NCBI GenBank assembly: GCA_029762535.1
Contig: JARVGK010000039.1
Coordinates: 1 to 30,592 of the forward strand
Length of the DNA stretch: 30,592 bases
DNA from: Thermoplasmatota archaeon
GTDB lineage: Archaea > Thermoplasmatota > Penumbrarchaeia > Penumbrarchaeales > Penumbrarchaeaceae
Direction of reading: 5' to 3'
The position numbers were made by a program, and so were the translations under genes. Under the pieces are notes generated by a model. That model searched no databases. It was not told the DNA's origin and saw nothing but the letters and a program-made list of their open reading frames with translations. Below are positions 19,746 to 28,134 of the stretch, in pieces (position 1 is the first letter of the stretch; each line of letters opens with the position of its first letter).

Positions 19746-20366
19746 TCATCGTTTACGGACCATCCCCCAGTGATCGTTGTCCAGGACCTTGTATCTCTTC
19801 TTCACCTCGAACCCGAACCTCTCGTAATAGGGGACGTTCTTCTCCTTGCTCGTATCCAGCAGTATCGGGATATTATCCCGATCGATCCTCTCCAGCATGG
19901 GTTCCAGCATCATCTTCCCGTAACCGCTTTTCTGATGCTCGGGATCCACCCCGAGGATGAACAGGAACCAATGTCTTTCCTTTACGATCCCTTCCAGATT
20001 CTCTCCGATCTCCTTTCCGTAGCGTGAGAATCTCTTCATCACCGAGGACTCCATCCTGAACATCAGAGAGATGAAACCGGATCGAGCGCTTCTGATGAGG
20101 TTCATGTCGTTCTCCTCCGATCGGATCCAGAAGGAAACGCCCTCGAGCTTCCTTGAGGGGGAATACACCTCCCCGTAGAGGATCCCGAATCTGAGGAAGG
20201 GCACGAACATGACCGGGAGCTTCTTCCTTCTCATGAGAGGGTCCGGGATCAGTGTCATCATGTCCGGATCGTCGAAGAATGCCCTGGCGAGGACCTCGGA
20301 TCCCTTCTTGATATCGGATTTATCAAGTCGGTAGAGGTCCTGCAGTCCTGCCATAGGCCGGATCAT
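19746..20366 (-). CDS. GNAT-family N-acetyltransferase
   Basis: VLARAFFDDP, HWFLFILGVDPEHQKSGYGK (acetyl-CoA motif A) and LDTSKEKNVPYYERFGF. Confidence 0.92.
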   Translation of the reverse strand: MIRPMAGLQDLYRLDKSDIKKGSEVLARAFFDDPDMMTLIPDPLMRRKKLPVMFVPFLRFGILYGEVYSPSRKLEGVSFWIRSEENDMNLIRSARSGFISLMFRMESSVMKRFSRYGKEIGENLEGIVKERHWFLFILGVDPEHQKSGYGKMMLEPMLERIDRDNIPILLDTSKEKNVPYYERFGFEVKKRYKVLDNDHWGMVRKR

Positions 20367-20431
20367 GGAACGGGGGGATATAATCCTTTCATCCGGGACA
20401 CATAATAGAAGGTTCTCATTTAATAAATTTT

Positions 20432-20457
20432 AATTAGTTAATTTAAAATAACTAATT
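20432..20457. promoter_or_regulatory. Perfect inverted repeat (9-bp arms) around a TATA-like box upstream of the ATPase gene; putative operator
   Basis: AATTAGTTA-ATTTAAAA-TAACTAATT, ending 15 bp before ATG 20473, in the divergent intergenic region. Confidence 0.6.
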
Positions 20458-20472
20458 TGCTTTAACTATATT

Positions 20473-21678
20473 ATGGACCTGATCATAGGCAGGACTGAAG
20501 CCTCGTTCATCAAGGAGAAATGGACCCTTCTGTACGGGAGACGAAAGACCGGCAAGACCTATATCCTCAACCGGTTCTTCGGATCGGACCTCTACGTGCT
20601 CGTGGCACGTGAAGGGACGATATGGGTGCAAGGGGACATCCAGAGGAAGATGGCATCCCCTGACGAGATGGCGGATGTGGTCAGGGAATACCTGCTCAAA
20701 GGGAAGAAGGTCATAATAGATGAATTCCAGAGGCTTCCTTCGGATACGATGGAATGGATCTCCTCTGTCCATCCTTCGGGACAGCTTGTGATCTCCGGGT
20801 CCTCCATGGGTGTCGTCAAGAGGATATTGGGTCCGAGATCGCCCCTCCTGGGAAAGTTCAGCTTTATCAAATTGTCAACGATCGAACCGTCAGACCTGAT
20901 AAGGGAGATGCCTCAAGATGTCCCTCTCGATCTCGCACCATACTTATCCGACCCGTGGACGATACCTTTCCTTGAAAAGGGTAAGATACTTGAAGAGATG
21001 CGAAAGATGCTCTCCGGGACATCATATACGGTGCCTGCCCTCATCGGGGAGATCTTTCATGAGGAGGACCGGATCCTCTCGGAGATATATCAGGGGATAT
21101 TGGCATCCATAGGCGCCGGAAGGGCCAGGGCCATAGACATAGCGAGCCTTCTGTATTCCAAAGGGTTGATCAAGCAGGAATCCGCATCGCAGGTATCTCC
21201 CTATCTCAACGCGCTGAAGGATATGGGGATCGTAGAGTCGGTAGGGATATACGGGAAAAAGAGGGAGGTTGTACGTTTCGTATCCCAGATGATGACCTTC
21301 TATTATTACATGGAATCCAAGTACGGTCTCGAGAGGGGGCTGCCATCCTATTCAGAATCGAGGGAGAACCTCTCCCGGGTCCATTCGATCTGTATGGAAC
21401 ACTATCTGGTCAAGGCCTATGCCAGAAAACTGGAAGGATACCTTGGATACTCCTTCGATCCTGAGATCGACGGGATCGTCGTGAACAGGAAGGGAAATCC
21501 TATCGCGGTCATCGAGGTGAAATGGACCGATCTTGGGAAAAGGGATATCGATAATTTCATCGAGAAGACTGATGGGTTCGACTGCCCCAGATATATTCTG
21601 ACAAAGAAAGAGGTCCCGATCGATGATGATGTGACGGTCCATGGAGAGGGATCGATCCGAAGTTTCCTCAAAGGGTGA
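20473..21678 (+). CDS. Archaeal-type ATPase (ATPase_2 + winged HTH + DUF234-like PD-(D/E)xK domain)
   Basis: LLYGRRKTGKT, IIDEFQRL, ISGSS, SPLLGK. HTH-like YQGILASIGAG...YLNALKDMGIV. C-terminal EIDGIV...IEVKW. Confidence 0.9.
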   Translation: MDLIIGRTEASFIKEKWTLLYGRRKTGKTYILNRFFGSDLYVLVAREGTIWVQGDIQRKMASPDEMADVVREYLLKGKKVIIDEFQRLPSDTMEWISSVHPSGQLVISGSSMGVVKRILGPRSPLLGKFSFIKLSTIEPSDLIREMPQDVPLDLAPYLSDPWTIPFLEKGKILEEMRKMLSGTSYTVPALIGEIFHEEDRILSEIYQGILASIGAGRARAIDIASLLYSKGLIKQESASQVSPYLNALKDMGIVESVGIYGKKREVVRFVSQMMTFYYYMESKYGLERGLPSYSESRENLSRVHSICMEHYLVKAYARKLEGYLGYSFDPEIDGIVVNRKGNPIAVIEVKWTDLGKRDIDNFIEKTDGFDCPRYILTKKEVPIDDDVTVHGEGSIRSFLKG

Positions 21679-21803
21679 TCCGAATCATCGGACCGACCGA
21701 TTCGAGACGGTGAAACGATCTTTCGATATCGTTCTCTTTATTCATTTTGCTTGTGAAGAACGAACATATCTCATTTCAGATGGCCTTCTCCTGTCCCGTG
21801 AGA

Positions 21804-21913
21804 GGGATCCCCCCTTCGAAGAGGAGGAAGGAAAGCTCGAGATCAAAGAGGACTCCACACTTCGTTGGGGGATCCTCGGTCGTAAAGACACCATACAATG
21901 AGGATCCCTTCGC
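21804..21913 (+). repeat. GGATCC-bounded dispersed repeat, copy R2 (core plus right extension)
   Basis: GGGATCCCCCCTTCGAAGAGGAGGAAGGAAAGCTCGAGATCAAAGAGGACTCCACACTTC followed by the extension shared with R0. Confidence 0.85.
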
Positions 21914-22022
21914 TCCATGCTCAAATGAGCTTTTTCCAGGATAGCTATCAGGTCTTCAGGAATTACGGGTGTATTTATGATAACCTATTTAGCAATGGTA
22001 TCTTTTATACCTTCGACCATTT

Positions 22023-22499
22023 ATGAAAAAACTCAAGGTCTACATGGATACTTCGGTCATTGGCGCACTTTATGACAGGGAAGACCCGCTAAGAATTAAA
22101 ACCACGGAAAAGTTGCTAGAGATATTTAGAATAAAGAAACAATATGATCCATATATTTCAAATATTTTAATTGAGGAAGTGGAGGAAGCTCCGGATACCA
22201 TCAGAGAACCTATGAAAAATATCATAAAGGATGTTGATTTTTATATTATTATGGAGAATGATGAATCAGCAGAGTTATTTGATGCATATATGAAAGAAAA
22301 AATGATCAATCCGAAGTACAGGGATGATGCAAGACATGTATCCCTGTCCGTGGTAAACAATATGGATATCATCGTATCATGGAACTGTAAACACCTGTGT
22401 AACATCCACAAGAAAAGGAAGTTCAATGCCGTGAATATTCTGATGGGTTATAAAGAGATAGATATTATCACTCCTTTGGAGGTGATCGGGGATGACTGA
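22023..22499 (+). CDS. PIN-domain (VapC-like) ribonuclease toxin
   Basis: KVYMDTSVI, ISNILIEEV, DDARHVSLS and DIIVSWNCKHL carry the acidic PIN residues. AT-rich sequence. Confidence 0.9.
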   Translation: MKKLKVYMDTSVIGALYDREDPLRIKTTEKLLEIFRIKKQYDPYISNILIEEVEEAPDTIREPMKNIIKDVDFYIIMENDESAELFDAYMKEKMINPKYRDDARHVSLSVVNNMDIIVSWNCKHLCNIHKKRKFNAVNILMGYKEIDIITPLEVIGDD

Positions 22500-22644
22500 A
22501 TGGGACCATTATTCCCTGGAGTGGATCCATAAAATCAGGGAAAGGAATTACCAGAAGACGAAGGACGAACCGATCGAAGAAGTTATCAAAAAGAGTGTTG
22601 ATCGTTCTAAAAAAGTCCTTAAGTATTATAAGAGATCGGAATAA
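22492..22644 (+). CDS. Small 50-aa protein overlapping the PIN gene 3' end; putative antitoxin
   Basis: Not in the ORF track (<60 aa): MTEWDHYSLEWIHKIRERNYQKTKDEPIEEVIKKSVDRSKKVLKYYKRSE. GGAGGTGA RBS at 22478-22485. 8-bp overlap with the PIN gene. Confidence 0.72.
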   Translation: MTEWDHYSLEWIHKIRERNYQKTKDEPIEEVIKKSVDRSKKVLKYYKRSE

Positions 22645-22783
22645 TATCCATGGGATCTGAGAGAGGAGGACCAATGAAATGAATATTTTTAGAGTTGAAA
22701 ATCAATGTAATCCGGGCTTCCGATCGATCCCGGTGAGAAATCGAAGGGATCGATGCCGTCCTATGGAGTTTAGGAAGAAGGAC

Positions 22784-22811
22784 TTTAAATATTCCTTTTG
22801 CTTATAAGCAA
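22784..22811. promoter_or_regulatory. TATA-like box followed by a perfect 14-bp palindrome upstream of the ATPase gene
   Basis: TTTAAATA at 22784-22791 and TTGCTTATAAGCAA at 22798-22811, 5 bp before ATG 22817. Confidence 0.6.
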
Positions 22812-22816
22812 TAGAA

Positions 22817-24223
22817 ATGGAGCCGATCGAGAATATAATGGCCCTTGGGAGATCACTTGTCGGAGCATATACAGAGGATGGGAGGGGTTTGCTTCCGATC
22901 AGAAGGATCGCCGGATCCGTGATCGATGATTGCCTCTTAAGAAGCAATGATATGTCGAAAAGACCGAGGGTCCTCATCCTGTCCGGGCTAAGAGGTGTCG
23001 GGAAGACGACCATCCTTTTCCAGGCGATCAGGGATCTCACCAAGGCGGGCATACCTCAGGACGATATCATATTCGTCTCGATGGACAGGGCCGCGTTCTC
23101 CGGATCCTCGATCCGGGACATTGTCGTGAATTACGAGAGGATGAGAGGCCGTCACCTGATCGATATCGGGAGGCCGGTCTTCTTCTTCATCGATGAGGCC
23201 CACTATTCAGATAAATGGGCGCTGCAGTTGAAGACGCTTACCGATGAGGCTCCAAATGCCGTCTTCGTCGCGACAGGCAGTTCCGCTCTGGAACTGGAGA
23301 TATCCCCCGATCTCGCCAGGAGATCTTTGTCGTTGCATATTCATCCCCTGAATTTCCTTGAATTCCTTCAGATAAGGAGCAGAGGGGATCGAATCGATCC
23401 GTTGGATCATGATGCCATGAACGCTCTGTTCGACCGGAAGGATGCTGATAGCGCCTTCCTGGCTTTCGAGGGATCAATGGAAAGGGCCCGGCCGGCGATG
23501 AGAAAGTTGGGAGGTTACTCTCCGGGCTCCCTCGAGGCCTACATCCTGAAGGGAGGGCTGCCTTTCTCGATATCCATGGAGGATCCATATCCCCTTCTTT
23601 ACGACACGGTCAGGCGGATCATGGAGAAGGATGTCCCCATTGCGGGGGATCACGATCCCGGAACGCTCAGGGAACTTCCCAGGATACTCGGATCCATCGC
23701 ACCCTCTCCTGATATCTCGATGAACTCCATAGCCAGGGATCTGGAGGGTATGAGCGTGAAAACCGTGAGAGGGGTCCTTGACACCCTTTCCAGGACCGGT
23801 CTGATATTCGAGGTCGGGGTCATGGGTGGAGTGAAGAACACCCTGAGGTCCGATACCAGAAAGTATTTCGCCACCCCCTCGCTCGGATCGTGCATACTGA
23901 GGACCATGGGCAGGGATCCGAGGGATCATATGGGAAATCTTGCCGAGACCTCGGTCGTATCCCTTATCCATCACAGAATATCCGGGTTCTTCTCACTGAG
24001 GTACAGGAAGGATAGGGGATCCTGCGACCTGATAGTCTGTGGACCTTCGGGAAATGTCGCCGTTGAGGTCGGGTTTGGAAAGAAGCAGAACGGATCGACA
24101 CAGCTCAGGAGGACCATGAGAGAGTCGAGATGTAACTACGGGATCCTCATCTCTGACAGGGATCGTCCGGAGCTATCGGGGAATATCATCATGGTCCCAA
24201 TAAAAGAGTTCCTCTCTCTTTGA
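22817..24223 (+). CDS. AAA+ ATPase (AAA_14 + DUF4143 type)
   Basis: GLRGVGKT, FIDEAHY, ATGSS, DLARR, HPLNFLEF, GGLP, KYFATP, GNLAETSV and CDLIV...VEVG. Confidence 0.9.
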   Translation: MEPIENIMALGRSLVGAYTEDGRGLLPIRRIAGSVIDDCLLRSNDMSKRPRVLILSGLRGVGKTTILFQAIRDLTKAGIPQDDIIFVSMDRAAFSGSSIRDIVVNYERMRGRHLIDIGRPVFFFIDEAHYSDKWALQLKTLTDEAPNAVFVATGSSALELEISPDLARRSLSLHIHPLNFLEFLQIRSRGDRIDPLDHDAMNALFDRKDADSAFLAFEGSMERARPAMRKLGGYSPGSLEAYILKGGLPFSISMEDPYPLLYDTVRRIMEKDVPIAGDHDPGTLRELPRILGSIAPSPDISMNSIARDLEGMSVKTVRGVLDTLSRTGLIFEVGVMGGVKNTLRSDTRKYFATPSLGSCILRTMGRDPRDHMGNLAETSVVSLIHHRISGFFSLRYRKDRGSCDLIVCGPSGNVAVEVGFGKKQNGSTQLRRTMRESRCNYGILISDRDRPELSGNIIMVPIKEFLSL

Positions 24224-24268
24224 ACGAATTCGCAGAGGGTTTGATCGGATCCAGGATGAACATCTCTT

Positions 24269-24330
24269 GGGATCCCCCTTCTGGAGGGGAGAAAGAGGAA
24301 TGTCCGGGATCGAGGAGGATCCTCCACTTC
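24269..24330 (+). repeat. GGATCC-bounded dispersed repeat, copy R3
   Basis: GGGATCCCCCTTCTGGAGGGGAGAAAGAGGAATGTCCGGGATCGAGGAGGATCCTCCACTTC; 60/62 identical to R4. Confidence 0.93.
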
Positions 24331-24336
24331 GGTGGG

Positions 24337-24494
24337 AAGGTCCAGGATCCCGTCCTTATCCTCGATGCTCCCCGGGATTGTTCCTTAGGCCTCTCCGATA
24401 TCACTCCCGGGACCCATGCGGATCCCGAAGGGAGGTACCGTCCGGTTCTTCGTGTTGGACCTCGAATCGACAAATAAGAAGGGGTGGGGTTTGA
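24337..24494 (+). pseudogene. Degenerate, internally deleted copy of the DUF3052-like gene at 18737
   Basis: KVQDPVLILDAPRDCSLGLSDITPGTHADPEGRY vs KGQDPVLIVDAPPEYAPILSEVPSVVHNDPRGRY. Begins at the right edge of R3 and rejoins the 3' end of the gene and the duplicated 56-bp segment. Confidence 0.8.
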
Positions 24495-24545
24495 AAATAT
24501 AAAAGTCCATCGTGTACTTTATATCGAAATCTTCCGATGGATATT
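24490..24545 (+). repeat. 56-bp duplicated intergenic segment (copy 2)
   Basis: One mismatch to 19173-19228; lies upstream of the GATase gene. Confidence 0.92.
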
Positions 24546-24617
24546 CATCAATTTAGCATTAAGTGGATGCAATGATCGATGGTTATGTTTATCTCTTAGG
24601 ATCTCGATGAATGGCAT

Positions 24618-25268
24618 ATGACCAGGATCCTCGTCGTCGGTAACAAGGTCGGAGAGGGGCCGATGATCGGCGCAAGGATCGATCTTGTCGAGGATATCAT
24701 CGGATCCTATCCCGCCGAGACAGTGACCATCGGTTACGACGATCTCAAGGGGATCCCGGAAGGGATCGATGCCGTGATCCTGACCGGATCCAGGATGAAC
24801 GTCTCCGATGGTTCCACTAAGAGGAGGATCGATCACGTGGTCGGACTCATCAGGAATACTGATCTTCCGGTCCTCGGGATATGCTTCGGATTCCATCTGA
24901 TCATGCACGCCTTCGGATGTGATGTTAGGCGCAACGAGGCTTCTGGGGAGTCCAAGGAGCCTGATGGCACGTTCATCGACTTAGAGATCACAGACGATCT
25001 CGGAGTGGTCGGGAAAGGACATCACCCGGTGAACGCTGACCACAAGGATTATGTCGAACCGACCGATCCCGCCTTGGAAGGTGTTTTTCAAGTGCATGGG
25101 ACAAGCGTGGACGGCATTCTGAGCTACCTTCAATATGCGAGCCATATGTATAGGCCGATACATGCATTCCAGTTCCATCCCGAGTGTTTCGAGGGAGCTC
25201 CCATGAACGCGAAGGAGACCGGGATCGAGTTCCTCCATGGTTTCTTGTATCATACCCTGAAAGAATAA
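24618..25268 (+). CDS. Class I glutamine amidotransferase-like protein
   Basis: DAVILTGS, LPVLGICFGFH (nucleophile Cys) and FQFHPE (His-Pro-Glu). Confidence 0.9.
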   Translation: MTRILVVGNKVGEGPMIGARIDLVEDIIGSYPAETVTIGYDDLKGIPEGIDAVILTGSRMNVSDGSTKRRIDHVVGLIRNTDLPVLGICFGFHLIMHAFGCDVRRNEASGESKEPDGTFIDLEITDDLGVVGKGHHPVNADHKDYVEPTDPALEGVFQVHGTSVDGILSYLQYASHMYRPIHAFQFHPECFEGAPMNAKETGIEFLHGFLYHTLKE

Positions 25269-25344
25269 TCCGAGGTTCCATCCCAAACCCCCCACGGGGA
25301 GGATCCCGGGGAAAGAAGAAAATATCTGGCCTTAAAAGGGGGAG

Positions 25345-25406
25345 GGGATCCCCCTTCTGGAGAGGAGGAAGAGGAATGTCCGGGATCGAGGAGGATCCTC
25401 CACTTC
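25345..25406 (+). repeat. GGATCC-bounded dispersed repeat, copy R4
   Basis: GGGATCCCCCTTCTGGAGAGGAGGAAGAGGAATGTCCGGGATCGAGGAGGATCCTCCACTTC. Confidence 0.93.
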
Positions 25407-25445
25407 CGTGGGGAGAAGTTGATGGGATCTTCCGGCAAATTGGTC

Positions 25446-25727
25446 CTAAACGAAAAGGACATCATCCAGATCGAAGAGGAGATCCCCGCTCTTTCTCAGT
25501 TCATCCTTTTGCGGGATCTCGATCCCGAATAAACCGAACCTGGCCTTTTTATCCTTGCCGAAGATCCTGTAAAAATTGTTTTTCAATGACACCAATTCGG
25601 TCAATGCATCGTTTCTATCCAGGGTCCTTGCCTTTACCGAGATGGCCAACATCTCCTCTGAATCCCTCTTCAATCCATCGATGTCGAACAAATGATTATT
25701 TTTATAATCATTATAAACATAATACAT
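25446..25727 (-). pseudogene. Probable C-terminal remnant of an archaeal ATPase with a PD-(D/E)xK domain
   Basis: DIDGL...LAISVKAR...RFGLFG...LLFDLDDV resembles the EIDxx...ExKW...YGL...LFDLxD tail of DUF234-type ATPases. No ATPase motifs remain. Confidence 0.55.
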
Positions 25728-25903
25728 TTGTAAGGTATCTGCTCTTCTTATAGAGGGGGGATCGCTCTGTTAGCAGGAACAAGTAGGGGATCCGGGACCT
25801 GCGGTATCCTTTCGATCTTTCTATTGCCATTATTTTGGTATTGAAATCTTTTTTAATAGCTTATAAAGGTTAATTTTATATAGTTTTCTGCCCTTCTTTA
25901 CTT

Positions 25904-27139
25904 GTGTACGTTAAAAGGGATATCGAGGAAAAGGTCTTCGACTGGATCGGGGAGCGCGAGATAATTGCCATAATCGGGCCCAGACAGAGCGGGAAGACAA
26001 CTTTGATGGACCGTATCAAGGAACGGGCAATCGTCGAATGCGGCTACGATAAGGATCATGTCGTTTTCATCTCCTTCGAGGATGAGATAGAGAGATTGAA
26101 GTTCGAGGGGGATCCCTCGTCCTACATTCAGGCTCATCTCTTTGATGATGGAATGCATCTTTTTCTCCTGGACGAGGTCCAGTATGTCGAGAATGCGGGC
26201 CGGGCCCTGAAATTGATCTTCGACAGGTTCCACGATAGGATAAAATTCGTCATGACCGGAAGCAGCAGTCCTGACCTGAAGGACATCGGCGGATCTCTTG
26301 TGGGCAGGGTGGTCTTCTTCGAACTGTATCCATTCTCCTTCAAAGAGTTCCTTTTCGCCAGGGATGAGAAGCTTCACAATTACCTGTCCGGGAGAACGAT
26401 CGATCCGGAAGGTGAGATATCCTATGAAAGACCGGTTCTTCTGGACAGGTTGAACGTCTATCTGAAGGAGTATATCACCTACGGAGGTTTCCCGAGGATC
26501 GTGCTCATGGATGATATCGAGAAGAAGAGGATCCTTCTCAAGCAACTCGTCACGTTGTATATCGAGAAGGACGTGCTCAAGGTGCATGGATCAGCTTTCA
26601 GGAACGATGCGCTGAGAGTGGTCCAGTATCTTGCTTTCAACTGTTGCGGACTGCTGAATCGGGATGCGGTATCCTCGGAACTCGGCATCAAGGTCAAGAA
26701 GGTCCAGGAGACACTCGATATCCTCGAGGATTCCTTCCTGATCAAAAGGATCAGACCATATTTTGGCAACCTCTCCACTGAGTTGCGGAAGATGACAAAG
26801 GTCTTTTTCGTGGATAGCGGCATGAGAAATGTCCTTGCGGAGGACTTTGTCTTCTCGAGGGACAAGGGTTTTCTGCTGGAGAATTACGTATTCTCTGAAT
26901 TGAACCGGAAGGAGGGGACGTTGAAGTACTGGAGGACCACGGCCAAGGCCGAGGTGGATTTCGTCTTCCGGGACAGGATCCCGGTAGAGGTCAAATCCAC
27001 CCCGAGGATAACCAGATCCCTCAGGTCGTTCATATCAGCATACTCTCCCGACAGAGCGATCATCGTGAATTATGATACATTTGAGAAGACAGGGATCGAT
27101 GGGACGGAAATAGCCATAGTTCCAGCAGCTCTCTTTTGA
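25904..27139 (+). CDS. AAA+ ATPase (AAA_14 + DUF4143 type) with a C-terminal PD-(D/E)xK-like domain
   Basis: GTG start. GPRQSGKT, LDEVQY, TGSSS, SLVGR, LYPFSFKEF, YGGFP, KVFFVDSG, GFLLENYV and YWRTTAKAEVDFV...PVEVK. Confidence 0.93.
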   Translation: MYVKRDIEEKVFDWIGEREIIAIIGPRQSGKTTLMDRIKERAIVECGYDKDHVVFISFEDEIERLKFEGDPSSYIQAHLFDDGMHLFLLDEVQYVENAGRALKLIFDRFHDRIKFVMTGSSSPDLKDIGGSLVGRVVFFELYPFSFKEFLFARDEKLHNYLSGRTIDPEGEISYERPVLLDRLNVYLKEYITYGGFPRIVLMDDIEKKRILLKQLVTLYIEKDVLKVHGSAFRNDALRVVQYLAFNCCGLLNRDAVSSELGIKVKKVQETLDILEDSFLIKRIRPYFGNLSTELRKMTKVFFVDSGMRNVLAEDFVFSRDKGFLLENYVFSELNRKEGTLKYWRTTAKAEVDFVFRDRIPVEVKSTPRITRSLRSFISAYSPDRAIIVNYDTFEKTGIDGTEIAIVPAALF

Positions 27140-27186
27140 ATCTATCACCTCGTTGGGGATCCCATCGGGATCCGGGTGGGGCGCGT

Positions 27187-27264
27187 CTCTTTCCCTTCGT
27201 ATGGAAAGGGATCCCCCCTTCGGGAGGATGTAGGAAAGCTCCATTTCAAGGAGGATCCTCCTTC
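27187..27264 (+). repeat. GGATCC-bounded dispersed repeat, copy R5 (with a left extension shared with R6)
   Basis: TTCCCTTCGTATGGAAAGGGATCCCCCCTTCGGGAGGATGTAGGAAAGCTCCATTTCAAGGAGGATCCTCCTTC. A CACCTCGTTGGGGATCC piece matching the R0/R2 extension lies at ~27146. Confidence 0.85.
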
Positions 27265-27420
27265 AGTAGGATGAATTTAGAACCTCAATGATTTGGTAAT
27301 GAACTTGATATCATTTTTGGTAGGGAAAAATCGTACATCGGTCAGGGGGATCGCGGATCCAATGGGATCCCAATTATATTTTGAGGCATACCTCAGGTTG
27401 AGATCCCGTTTACAAGTGTT

Positions 27421-27630
27421 TCAAAGATCTTCCTCGCTCAATTCGGCATCCTCCATTATCCTCTTTACTATCTTTGGATGCAATATCTTACCTGAATGAC
27501 AGGGTAATGTGATCCTGATGCCTTCATCATTCCTCATGATCATATGGCTTCCACTCTGTCTGACAACGATGAAACCTTTCTTTTTCAGGATATGAAGCAT
27601 CTTATCAGAATCTATTCTGGGAAGTTTCAT
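27421..27630 (-). CDS. hicA: HicA-family mRNA interferase toxin
   Basis: 69 aa. LKKKGFIVVRQSGSHMIM and ITLPCH...ILHPKIVKRIMEDA; GSH catalytic motif. Confidence 0.92.
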   Translation of the reverse strand: MKLPRIDSDKMLHILKKKGFIVVRQSGSHMIMRNDEGIRITLPCHSGKILHPKIVKRIMEDAELSEEDL

Positions 27631-27851
27631 ACGGTTACTTCCAATGAGGTGAGGGAGATCATCTCCAATGTCTCTATCTTCTCTCCCATGGAGATCCTGT
27701 CCTTTACATGGAGTTGTATCACATCTTTGAGGTTCTCAATGACCTCCTCATACGTTTCTCCCTGGGCATAGCACCCTTGTAGTTCGGGACATAGAGCGAT
27801 GTAACCGTCGCTGTCCTTCTCCACGATGACGGAGAGTTTGTAATGCTCCAT
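27627..27851 (-). CDS. hicB: HicB-family antitoxin (short form without a C-terminal DNA-binding domain)
   Basis: From ATG 27851, preceded by GAGGT: MEHYKLSVIVEKDSDGYIALCPELQGCYAQGETYEEVIENLKDVIQLHV. ATGA overlap with hicA. Confidence 0.92.
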   Translation of the reverse strand: MEHYKLSVIVEKDSDGYIALCPELQGCYAQGETYEEVIENLKDVIQLHVKDRISMGEKIETLEMISLTSLEVTV

Positions 27852-28060
27852 TGTATCGACCTCTGTAGAAGTTACAACCGGATATGTTCCATATAAAGAT
27901 TTCACCTATGGGAATATCATCTTGAATAGGGTCCATCTTCCATTCCAGAGGGACCGTCGATGGAAACAGGGTTCCCTTTCGATCAGGATCAGAGAGGGAT
28001 CCCGAGCGATCCTTTGGATCTCCCCCTTCGAGGATCATGATGTATGGTTGTCGTAAATTC

Positions 28061-28114
28061 CATCGTATCAAATATTGCCTTTATGATACGGTGAATCGTA
28101 ACAGTTATATAAAA
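28061..28114. promoter_or_regulatory. Inverted repeat plus TATA-like box upstream of the ATPase gene
   Basis: CATCGTATCA-N13-TGATACGGTG (9/10 match) at 28061-28093, an extra ATCGTA half-site, and TTATATAAAA at 28105-28114. Confidence 0.5.
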
Positions 28115-28134
28115 CATAAGACCATGCCACATCC

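Noticed and set aside
25184-25753. 189-aa + strand ORF, and similar ORFs at 24220-24494 and 29492-29836
   Set aside because: They translate repeat and intergenic DNA; their mutual peptide similarity comes from the DNA repeat.
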